From positions 2,666,001-2,730,000 of the forward strand of contig NC_043013.1 of assembly GCF_006345805.1 (NCBI RefSeq): a stretch of DNA of 64,000 bases, read 5' to 3'. The notes beneath the pieces were generated by a model, which was not told where the DNA came from, made no database searches, and was given only the letters and a program-made list of their open reading frames with translations. Each line of letters begins with the position of its first letter. The stretch's first letter is position 1. The position numbers and the translations under genes are program-made. The stretch comes from Octopus sinensis. Its lineage: Eukaryota. Shown here one piece after another: positions 1-10,156 of the stretch.

Positions 1-23
1 AATATATGAAGGAAAAACAAATC

Positions 24-70
<47 letters not shown>

Positions 71-490
71 CATACGCACACGCACGCACGCATGCACGTA
101 CGCAGAAATACAAATACACATATATATGACTTCATGTCAACCGCTTCTGTCCTCCCACAGTGCAACAGTAATTCTGTGTTAAGTAAATGCTCTTACACAA
201 CACATTTCCCCACCCTCACCCTCAGTAAAAATTTTATTTGGTTCACTTTCTCATGTTCCACGGTTCTTCCTCTCCCCTCCCCACCTGCCCCTTCCTCTCT
301 CTTTCCCTGCCACCCCCTTTTATCTCTCTTGTCCTGCTCCTCTCACCGCTACTCACCAAAATTCTGTGTCACTTGCATGTTGATTTTATTGAGCAAATGT
401 TTTTTAACGCTGCAGCTCAACAAACCAGCGCTTTTGGACTTCAGGAATGCTCTCTCCATTCGTGTTCGTATGTATTTAAGCAGGCATATG

Positions 491-528
<38 letters not shown>

Positions 529-770
529 TGTGTGTGTTTGTGTGTGTATTTGTGTGAATATATGTACATGTGAATGTTGTTTGTATGAAAATGGTGGTAT
601 TGTTTGCTCTGTGTGTGTATACACTGAACTTTGTGTATTTAGGTGTATTCATGTGTTTGTGCGTTTGTATGTGTGTGTACGTGTGTGTGTGTGTGTGCGT
701 GCGTGCGTGTGTGTGTGTATGTAAGTGAATCTATACAAACATCTACATGCAAACACTGTCACATATAAGT

Positions 771-800
<30 letters not shown>

Positions 801-802
<2 letters not shown>

Positions 803-1012
803 CTTGCCGTGTTGCGCCATGGAACTCTGCACATTCTTTCTCTCTCCGAGTATTTTTTTCATTCTTTCTCCATTTTCCCCGCTTATTCTTTTCTGTCGAA
901 GATTCTAGGCTCGAAGCGTAAAAGCCTTTTCTATTTTTCCCGAGCGATAAACCAATACACCTATGTGTTCTTACACCTGTTTCCGTCTGTTGTTTACTGT
1001 AAATTGAACTAT
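801..1012 (+). mobile_element. PLE terminal (pseudo-LTR) fragment with degenerate hammerhead motif
   Basis: ctgtcgaa-gattctaggctc-gaagcgta (893-920) plus downstream tttttcccgagcg...aatacac, shared with copies at 8.7, 16.3 and 56.9 kb. Confidence 0.55.
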
Positions 1013-1013
1013 C

Positions 1014-1057
<44 letters not shown>

Positions 1058-1114
1058 TGGACCGCGTGTGTACCGTTGGCGATTTTTGTCCTCCCGTTCT
1101 TCATTTTGGATCTT

Positions 1115-1150
1115 TCTTTTTCCTATGTTTCTGACGAAGAGCTCCACTCT
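1115..1150 (+). mobile_element. Truncated PLE/hammerhead fragment (same subfamily as 37.8 kb)
   Basis: cctatgtttCTGACGAagagctccactc matches cctatgtttCCGACGAagagctccgctc at 37775-37802; the GAAAC half is missing. Confidence 0.5.
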
Positions 1151-1708
1151 GTGTTTGTGTGTGCATTAATATTTCGCCTAGGCATTGCGATGCTAACAAC
1201 TTGCTTATAGAACTCAATATACATGAGCTTCACAATAAAACGTTAGTTGAGAAAAAAGCGGTTATAAGAAAATTTCATGACAAAGGAATAAGCGATTGTG
1301 TTACGAACTTCATTTGTTCACAGCTGTTTCTGCTACAAGACACAATTGACACATAGTTCAGTGCCTAAATATCGTCTTATAGCTTCACCGGAGCTTGTAA
1401 CATGCAGTACAATTTATATGGGAAAACATTTACATTTACGTATACACAAAGAAAAGCATTACCAATGAAAAAGCAGACACATTTGTAACGATTTTCTGTG
1501 TATATATACATAAATGTGAATGTTTTCCTAAATACATTGCACGTCATGTTTCAAGCTCCGATGAATCTATAAGGTGATACTCAGGCACTTATGTATGAGC
1601 GCATAGCATCTTACAGCAGAAATAGCTGTGAGCTAATGAAGTTGATAAGATAGTTCTTTATTTTTTTGTCATCTCAATTTCTGTGTGTGTGTGTCGGTAA
1701 TACAAGGC

Positions 1709-1811
1709 TTACGTCACCTGTAGTGACGCCATTTTGGAAGTCTTCAGCGCGCATGTGCAGATTTGGATTTCTTCCGGGAGGCCGCCGGAAGTTCCCTCAT
1801 GCGCATGCGCA
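1709..1811. promoter_or_regulatory. Housekeeping-type promoter motif cluster
   Basis: GC-rich patch with TTACGTCA (1709-1716, CRE-like), CGCCATTTT (1727-1735, YY1 consensus), two ETS cores (CTTCCGG 1771-1777; CCGGAAGT 1785-1792) and a perfect NRF1 palindrome TGCGCATGCGCA (1800-1811). Confidence 0.7.
1713..1732 (-). CDS. Possible first coding micro-exon (M-A-S-L-Q-V...) of a gene extending left of the window
   Basis: Minus strand reads aaaATGGCGTCACTACAGGTGAC|GTAAGC: ATG in good Kozak context inside the YY1 motif, then a consensus donor at 1712 (alternative donor CAG|GTGACG at 1717). No downstream exon identified. Confidence 0.35.
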
Positions 1812-1963
1812 GAGAACTAGCAATAGCAAGGTTTCCTGCTGTATCAATCTCTCTCGAAGAGGACACCGAATTGAACAGACGTGTTCTCACATCCGTCCTC
1901 AAGCTGCTAACACGTGGCGAAGCTTGAGGACGGATGTATGTATGTATGTATGTATGTATGTGT

Positions 1964-2037
<74 letters not shown>

Positions 2038-2178
2038 TCTACCCAATCTATAGATACTAAGGACTGCAATGTATTCATCTCAGGAATACGAACTATGATC
2101 TTAAAAACACGTAAATTGTGAAAACGCGCGTAGCGATGCATTCTAATATTCATAAACTGCATCCAAGGATTATCATTG

Positions 2179-2217
<39 letters not shown>

Positions 2218-2412
2218 TATATATAGCAAGTATAGAAATAATGGTATATAAGGTAACTGCTTTTATACGCACTAGAAATTACAAAGTAGAAGCGGGATTT
2301 ATAAAGGCCAGCCGAATGTAATAAAACTCTTAAACATTTTCCCTCAGTGGGAAAATCATGACAAGAGAATGATATATTTGCAGAATTTAATTTCCAAAAG
2401 TGAAATTCAAAT

Positions 2413-2501
<89 letters not shown>

Positions 2502-2740
2502 CACGTATGTATATATGTATGATTATATATATATATGTATATATTACACTCACATATATATGTATGATGGTTTCACTTGCAAAACTAGTTGTGTTTCTTA
2601 TATCTGACTTTATTATAAGTCACCACCTGAATAAGCGTATATCTACTATCTATCATATATTATCGAGTTTTTCTTTTTTACCTTAAACTATGATTTTCTC
2701 AGTTTTTAAAACAGGTATCCACTCATATATAAATATATCC

Positions 2741-2868
2741 GCATGAGGTTGTGTGGTAAGAAACTTGCTTCACAATCACATGGTTCCGAGTTCAAACCCA
2801 TTGCGTGGCACCTTAGGCATGTGTCTTTTACCGTAGCCTCGGGACGGCCAAAGCCTTGTTGGCGGAAA
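2741..2868 (+). mobile_element. SINE family A, 5' fragment
   Basis: tRNA-like head (gtgtggtaag...ggttccgagttcaaaccca) and body matching the full copy at 4684. Confidence 0.75.
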
Positions 2869-2988
2869 TATATATCTATGCATATAGATATGCTTTATTT
2901 AAAAGTAGCTTTTAAATAAAGCAATTACTCTACGTCTGGTATTTGAGTATTCTTTTTTCTATCTTGTTTCACATTTATGTGCTTACTC

Positions 2989-3040
<52 letters not shown>

Positions 3041-3050
3041 ATATATGTAT

Positions 3051-3260
3051 ATTCTTTTATTTGTTTCAGCCATTTGACTGCGACCCTGCTGGAGCACCGC
3101 CTTTAGTCAAGCAAAACGATCTCAGAACTTCAGAACTTATTCTTTGTAGCCTAGTATATATTCTATCGGTGTCTTTTGCCGGACCGCTAAGTTACGGGGC
3201 CATAAACACATCAGATCGGTTGTCAAGCGATAGTGGGGGAACAAAAACAGACACACAAAC
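3051..3260 (-). mobile_element. SINE family A, 3' fragment
   Basis: Reverse complement of the family-A 3' end (ggcggtgctccagca...aaatggctgaaacaa). Confidence 0.8.
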
Positions 3261-3879
3261 ATATACATACATACATACATACATACATACATACATACAT
3301 ACTACATACACATATATATATATTATATATATATATATTATAATGAAAATAGTAATGCAATACGAGAGTATTGCTTTCCAGTAAAGGATAGCCCGTGAGG
3401 GTAAAATTATACATATAAAAGTAAATATGGCACAACGAAGCACCAATATTTACTGGAAAATAGCGAACGTAATAAATACGACGCTAATGTATAGCTTCAC
3501 TGCGTATGTACTAGTAAAGATGCGTGTGTGAAACAAACAGGAAAAAAATTGTCTTACCTCTAGGAAGAACATCTGAAAAATGAAAAACCTAAAAACGGAT
3601 AATGCAGTACCGGTTTCAGACTCTCCAAAATACGTTTGCCAACGTATAGTTGATTTGTCTTCATCAGCTGCATAAACCTCGACAACATTTCAAATGTTGC
3701 CACATCTATGCCAGTACACTCGTTGAAACGCCAAAACGTTTAACAAAAAAGAACGAGAACATTGAAGTTTCATGAAATAGTAATGCAATACGAGAGTATT
3801 GCTTTCCAGTAAATATCGGTGCTTCGTTGTGCCATTTATTTACTTTTATATGTATAATTTTACCCTTACGGGTAAAATA

Positions 3880-4520
3880 TCAGAGACAATTGCTCCACTT
3901 TCAGTTACAAGCATGAAGATAGTGGATCAGATCTCTTTGAGCCTTTCGATAGTAGCAACTAAGGCAGTAGGGGCTTTCACCAGCTGCAGTGTACTTCAGT
4001 ACACACAAGTGGTAAATGGAGTCAAGAGATTTTCTGTAATTAAGCCATACTCTCACAAGATTGCCGCAGTATTTTTCTACTTCAGACATCACTGTTATAT
4101 TTACCAAAATAATCCCCACATGCCTTTCTTTCCAACTATCTGTTTGTCAGCGATTATATCGTTTTAGATACGCAATGGTTTTGCAGGAATTGCTTCAGAC
4201 AGCTAGAGTACAATTTATTTAGGTAGGCAAAGGAGCGATAGTTCTCTGATTGTTCTTCCATCCAAATTTTCTGCTTTTTTTTAAAGACTCAATATTCTGC
4301 TTTATGTACTTTATTGTGGAGACATGCAGGTCTTAACTTGCCTTCTCTAACCAGGTTTCCATCCCCTTTTCAGCTATATCCAATGGCTAGTCCACTCAAA
4401 TTCTGACTGCATTTTTCTCAAGATGGCGTTAACTTGATGATGTTTCATGCCGATTGATAACGACCACCATCTTGTTCTGGTTCCAATAAAATCTCTACAT
4501 CCAACCTCTGAAGGAAATTT
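3880..4520 (-). mobile_element. Degenerate non-LTR retrotransposon RT fragment (Dong/R4-like)
   Basis: Minus-strand translation gives NYRSFAYLNKLY (cf. NYRPITCLNTLYK) and NLVRVWLNYRKSLDSIYH (cf. NLSMAWIDYKKAFDSVPH), with stops and frameshifts. Confidence 0.6.
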
Positions 4521-4683
4521 TGTGTGAGTGAGTGAGTGAGTGAATGTCGGTGTGTGTACTGCATTCAAAGGGCTCTGGGGAAGCTATAAGATGTACGGGC
4601 CACACAGCTTTGAGTGCACGCTTACTTACAGCAGAAACAGTCGTAAGCCAACGTTAGTTATTACGTAATCCCTGTTCTTTAGA

Positions 4684-5052
4684 CAGGAGTGGCTGTGTGG
4701 TAAGTAGCTTGCTAACCAACCACATGGTTCCAGGTTCAGTCCCACTGCGTGGCATCTTGGGCAAGTGTCTTCTGCTATAGCCCCGGGCCGACCAATGCCT
4801 TGTGAGTGGATTTGGTAGACGGAAACTGAAAGAAGCCTGTCGTATATATGTATATATGTGTGTTTGTGTGTCTGTGTTTGTCCCCCTAGCATTGCTTGAC
4901 AACCGATGCTGGTGTGTTTATGTCCCCGGCAAAAGTGACCGATAGAATAAGTACTGGGCTTACAAAGAATAAGTCCCGGAGTTGATTTGCTCGACTAAAG
5001 GCGGTGCTCCAGCATGGCCGCAGTCAAATGACTGAAACAAGTAAAAAAAAAA
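4684..5052 (+). mobile_element. SINE family A, near full length
   Basis: tRNA-like A/B boxes (ggctgtgtggtaag...ggttccaggttcagtccc), internal (TA)/(TG) tract, 3' end gcatggccgcagtcaaatgactgaaacaagtaaaa. Confidence 0.9.
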
Positions 5053-6636
5053 TACTTACAAATACAAACATTCACAATACCCTCTCACACACATTCTGAG
5101 AGGAAACCTTTACCATAATCGCAGACAATGTTATCGAACTATTTGCTTCGTGTTTATCAACCGATTATTGTTATTCGTCGTTAATATATATATATATATA
5201 ACTTACAATGTGTGTGTGTACGTATGTATGTATGTATGTATGTAGACACGTGTGTGTGTATGTGTATGTGCGTATGTGTGTGTGTACACACACACACACA
5301 CTTACAATCACAAACCCTCTCTCACGAAAAGCATGTATAAAAGTAATGTCTATGTGAGAATCGGTGTGTATTGATGAGTGTGCGTATTAAGCATGTGTGA
5401 AGATATGTTTTTTACGCGCGCGCGCACGCACACACACACACACATACATGCACATACACACACACACACATACGCGCGCACACACACACTAACATTCACA
5501 TAGGAACTCACTATATCTCTTGTGACATTTCAGTCATAACATTGTTTTACCCAAGGTCACATTTGTATAAACATTGTCTGAAATGATAGCTTCATCTTGT
5601 TCATGTTAAACACACAGTCTGCCCGTCTGCCAGTCTGCCTGCCAGCCAGCCAGCCTGCATGCCTGCCTTTCAGTCTGTCTGCACGCCTCTCCGTCTGTCT
5701 GCCTCTCCGCCCCATCCCCATTCACCCCCCCCCCACTACACACACCGTCAGCCAATCAGCGCAATCTGCACGTATGTCAGACTTTCTCTCTGGGTACCAA
5801 ACATTTATAACACTTTTTACTAGTCCGAGGCCTTTGCCTGTTCACCAAAATGCTAGAAACAACAACTAAATCTACTTTAAATAATATCCTAGCCTTATTG
5901 AATACACAGTTCAAAAATATCGACACAATGGTTGACCAGAAGCTTAAACGACCAAAAAAACTATTACATACATAAGTCGATGAAGAATCTTTTCTTCAGC
6001 AAGCTCGACCTACAAAAATCGTAGTCAAATCGCCCTTAAATTACACCATATTCTGTGTATATGTATGATGTGTGTGCGTGTGTGTGTGTATGCGTGTATG
6101 CGTGTGTGCGTGTGTATGCATGTGTGTATGTGTGTGTGAGTGTTAAATAGATTACATGAAGGTCCTACATAAATGTATAATTATTGAAGGGTTCATTCAT
6201 TACTATGTCAGTAAAAATGATGATGGATGTGCATCTCTGATGAGGTTAGAATTAGATGGAAACATTGCTGGAGTTGCTTCCCCTATTTCCCGATATATTG
6301 CAAATAATGTTAAACGTCGATTTCTTCTCCCTTTACATCTTCCTCAACCAACATCAGAGAGGAGGAACGACAGAGAAAAAAGGGAGCATGTGGATGAAGG
6401 GGTTAGGAGAAAGGCTAGGAGTACAAGAGGGTGAAAGGGTAGGAATATAAGAGGAAGAAAAGCAAGGAATAGTCTATCCCTTCTACTTACTCTCTTTCTC
6501 TCTCTCTCTCTCCCTCTTCTATTCCTAGCCTTTCTCACTCTTGAATTCTTAGCCTTTCTCCTTCCCCTTCATCCCCTTCTCCCTTCCTTTCTCTGTCGCT
6601 CCCTCTCCCTGCTGTCTTTCTCCTCTGCCTGCTACT

Positions 6637-6646
6637 GTCACGTGAC
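6637..6646. promoter_or_regulatory. Palindromic extended E-box GTCACGTGAC (CLEAR/USF type)
   Basis: Exact 10-bp palindrome in non-repeat sequence; further CACGTG sites at 7492 and 7503. Confidence 0.35.
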
Positions 6647-7711
6647 CAGCGGCCAGTTCTTCTTTTTCTTCTTTTCTTAGACACAGTCTCAAATTCTGTC
6701 CCCTCCCCGTTCTCCATCGTTCAAAACATTTTCTAAGCGTTATCCACTATTCTCGTCTTCTTGACCCCAAGGCCGTATTTTCTTCGCCTGTTTGCCCTCG
6801 TCCACCCTCCGAGATCACACTCTGTGTCGTTTTGCTTGTTTTGTTTCGTTTTGTTTGCTCTCGTCCCCAATTCTACTCAAGAAAACTTTTTTTTTGCGGG
6901 AACTGCCTACTGGGAGCATTCAGCCTTATCGTTAAAGGCGCGAAACTGGAAAGTACCATTGATCGATAACTGATGAAGAATCATGGATTTTCTGTTCGTC
7001 TCCTGTTTGTTTTTACATTCAGTATACGTTATGTCGTTTGATGAAACATTTCTGCATTTAACATGTAATGGAGCGCAAGACACACCGAATTTTTATTAAC
7101 AGCAAATAAGTAGCAAGCTACTTACCACACAGCCTCTCAGTTTGACCAATAATAAGTGCAACTGCACTAAAGAATTTTTACTCACTTCTCCTTTCCCCAC
7201 ACACGATCTAAATTTACAACAGAAACTGTTATTGTTCTTCTTAATACGACATTTTCGACTCTGGAGGCAGTGTTGTATTATTTCTTCGGCTGTTTTTGTA
7301 TGTTATTTTTCTGTCTTTTGTGTGTGTGTGTGCGATGATTTTTACTGTTTGTAAAACTTGACAGAATAGCCTTTTCCTGACAATATCCCTTCAGCTAGAA
7401 ACGGCGTGGCGTGCTAATCGTAGAGAGATAAATTCATCTTAGTTACATTGGCCAAACAGTAAAATGTGGGGGCTTTATATATTTTGGGGCTCACGTGGGA
7501 GTCACGTGGTTGTAGCCTAGGTGTGTTTTAATAGAATAATTTTATGTTATACTGAGAAACACTTTTATAAATCGTTTAATTGAGTGACCAGAAATAAGCA
7601 GTTGTTTGGAGGGAAAAAATTGAATAAGGACGAAAGGGAGGAGGAAAACAAGAATAAGACGAACATTTGTAAAGTGGTGAGGAAAAGGATGCGAAAAGCA
7701 AAGAAAATATT

Positions 7712-7950
7712 GATATATATTTCTTTACTACCCACAAGGGGCTAAACATAGAGGGGACAAACAAGGACAGACAAAGGGATTAAGTCGATTACATCGACCC
7801 CAGTGCGTAACTGGTACTTATTTAATCGATCCTGAAAGGATGAAAGGTAAAGTCGATCTTGGCGGCATTTGAACTCAGAACGTAACGGCAGACGAAATAC
7901 GGCTTCGCATTTCGCCCGGCGTGCTAACGATTCTGACAGCTTGCCGCCTT
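7712..7950 (-). mobile_element. SINE family B, full length
   Basis: Reverse complement of aggcggc(a)agctg(t)cagaa...gagttcaaat...cctttcatcctttc(a)gg(a)tcgat...ggggtcgatgtaatcgac...gtgggtagtaaagaaata. Confidence 0.9.
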
Positions 7951-8125
7951 GAAAATATTGATATTAGTAGGGTAGGTTTTATTTGGTTCGTTCAAGTTTG
8001 GTACGCAACGTTTGCTTTTAACTTGGATTTATTTTCTGTAGGAAATTAAAGGTTGGTTTTATTTTATAGTTTGTAATCATTCATGCATCTATGTAAATCA
8101 GGCCCAAGAGGTCAGATTTGTATTT

Positions 8126-8207
<82 letters not shown>

Positions 8208-8256
8208 AAATATAATATAATATAATATAACAAGGCATAATATAATATATGTTATG

Positions 8257-8540
8257 AAGGCGCATGGTCTAGGGGTTAGGGTGTTGCACGCGAGATCGTG
8301 GTTTCAATTCCTACACCAGGTGGCGCGTTTTGTTGTTCATGAGCAAAATACTTCATCTCACGGTGACCTGCAATCTCATCGACCCCTGATGCGTGGTGCG
8401 CCGTGCATCTGTTCAGGCAACGTCGATTTGAGTGAACTAATGTGCAGCGCATACACTTGACCACCGTAAACAAATCATTTGCGCAGGTCGTTCGGCAAAA
8501 GCTGAGCACTCACTCGTCGTCTTCGACAGGAGAGACCGTA
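8257..8540 (+). mobile_element. SINE family C (tRNA head plus central core), tail type 1
   Basis: Head aaggcgcatggtctaggggttagg...ggtttcaattcc and core ttgttcatgagcaaaatacttcat resemble the 47.2-47.5 kb copy. Confidence 0.7.
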
Positions 8541-8591
8541 ACACACACACCACACACACACACACACACCACACACACACACACACACACA

Positions 8592-8648
<57 letters not shown>

Positions 8649-8654
8649 TGAACC

Positions 8655-8830
8655 GTTATTCCCTATACATCATTTTCTCTCCCCGTATTTTTTTCCCTCT
8701 CAATCGTTTCTGCTGAAGAGCGTAGACTCGAAACGTCAAATACTTTTCCATTCTTCCCAAGCGTTAAACTAATACACCTGCCTGTTGTTCTTTCACCTGT
8801 CTTCATTTTTTGTTTACTGTAATTTTGAAA
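8655..8830 (+). mobile_element. PLE terminal fragment with hammerhead motif
   Basis: ttt-CTGCTGA-a-gagc-gtag-actc-GAAACGTC-aaa at 8707-8740, then cccaagcgttaaactaatacac. Confidence 0.65.
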
Positions 8831-8832
8831 TA

Positions 8833-9243
8833 TTAGCTGCTGATGGGTAGTAGGGGTTCGATCCTCCTGTTAGCGATATATTATATATAAAGGCTGCAGA
8901 GCTTGCACCGAAAAACAGCTAGTGGAAACTTCGCCTAAAGTTAAACTAGTAATAACATTTATCGGCTGCAAATCAGTGACCGATGGTCACTTTATTTACA
9001 ATATATCGCTGGCAGAAGCGGATCTTAGCTATCACTCCACTACGTAGGTGTGCACGGCTGATGTATGCCAAACGGCTCGAAACTGGGCCAGTCCCGCGAT
9101 CCTGTTAGCGGCTGGAGGGTAGTCGAGATTCGATCCCCCTACTAGCGATATATTGCACATATAAAGGGTGCAGAGCTTGCACTGAAAACCAGTCGGTGGA
9201 GAATCCGCCTGGGGTTAAACTAGTAGTAGCATTCATCTGCCAC
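8833..9243 (+). mobile_element. Retrozyme-like partial tandem element (272-bp period) with a type I hammerhead motif
   Basis: Diverged direct repeats of about 135 bp (8833-8969, 9105-9243) flank an HHR-like fold at 9053-9098. Confidence 0.55.
9053..9098 (+). ncRNA. Type I hammerhead ribozyme motif (decayed at base of stem II)
   Basis: cacgg-CUGAUG-ua-u-gcc-aaac-ggc-uc-GAAAC-ug-ggc-ca-GUC-ccgcg. Stem I 4 of 5 bp, stem II gcc/ggc, stem III ACUG/CAGU, GUC triplet 9091-9093. Confidence 0.6.
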
Positions 9244-9345
9244 TTCGATGTGGCTACTCGCTTCACTGTTTAGTATACGTTGCTACTCTATCTCTTCTGA
9301 AGATTTTATAACTAAAATTTTCCTTCTCCCACCCTCTCTCTCTCT

Positions 9346-9415
<70 letters not shown>

Positions 9416-9419
<4 letters not shown>

Positions 9420-9819
9420 CAGTTGTATACTGTCAACTTAACGTGACAGTCCTATAAAGGGAATCACATAACCGCTATTTAGCCCTAGGAAGCATCAACA
9501 CTTCCTGTCGGCCTTGACGCATTTCCTCTGTCTTTATGTTTACAAAGGGGAGACAAGCACCCCCACCCAGCTAAGCCTGTACCCAGAGACATGTTTCTGA
9601 GTCTCTGCTCGTCATCAGTCTGGACTAGCATGGTTTGCGAGCTGCAGATACTTGCCTAGACCTTGTAAACATATATAATTCCAGTGAAATAAATCCACTG
9701 ATCCCAAAAAATAGAAATATTAAATTTCTAAATATCTCAGAGAGATATAAGCAGTGGTGGAACGATAGAGCAGTTGTATACGGTCATTTTTACGTGACAG
9801 TACCATAAAGGGAATCACA
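9416..9819 (-). mobile_element. Retrozyme-like/PLE-derived partial tandem element (351-bp period) with a type I hammerhead
   Basis: Direct repeats of about 53 bp (9416-9468, 9767-9819) flank an HHR at 9581-9625; abuts a (TA)n(GA)n tract. Confidence 0.6.
9581..9625 (-). ncRNA. Minimal type I hammerhead ribozyme motif
   Basis: Minus strand: guccaga-CUGAUGA-c-gag-cagaga-cuc-a-GAAAC-au-GUC-ucugggu. Stem I is 5 WC + 2 GU pairs; stem III is the palindrome ACAUGU; predicted cut between 9588 and 9587. Confidence 0.75.
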
Positions 9820-9824
9820 CTAGA

Positions 9825-9887
9825 ACGTAAACACACTAACACCGGTTGTCAAGAGGTTGTGGGGTGCAAACACAAACTCAAACACAA

Positions 9888-9941
<54 letters not shown>

Positions 9942-10035
9942 GACGGGCTTCTTTCAGTTTCCTCCTGTCAAATCCACTCACAAGGCTTCGGTCGGCCCGA
10001 GACTATAGTAGATGACACGTGCTTAAGGTACCACC
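9825..10035 (-). mobile_element. SINE family A, internal fragment
   Basis: gacgggcttctttcagtttcc...aaatccactcacaaggcttcggtcggcccgag matches family A in reverse. Confidence 0.75.
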
Positions 10036-10156
10036 AAAACAGGTTACACCTGCGACTATAAGTGAAATTAAATTATAAGAAATTTTCACACAAGCATCTA
10101 TGTCACATATATTTTAATGCTGGCACCGTTTGAGCCTAAGAAATTATGGGAAACCT

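Noticed and set aside
92-724. Long ORFs rich in CV/HT/YI/MYVC/SIYL throughout the ORF track
   Set aside because: They are translations of di- and tetranucleotide microsatellites that lack stop codons; no domain content.
4684-4760. tRNA genes at SINE heads
   Set aside because: A/B-box-like sequences continue into SINE bodies and do not form a full cloverleaf.
6941-6985. GAAAC...GTA...CTGATGA arrangement suggesting a type II hammerhead
   Set aside because: Neither stem I nor stem II can pair.
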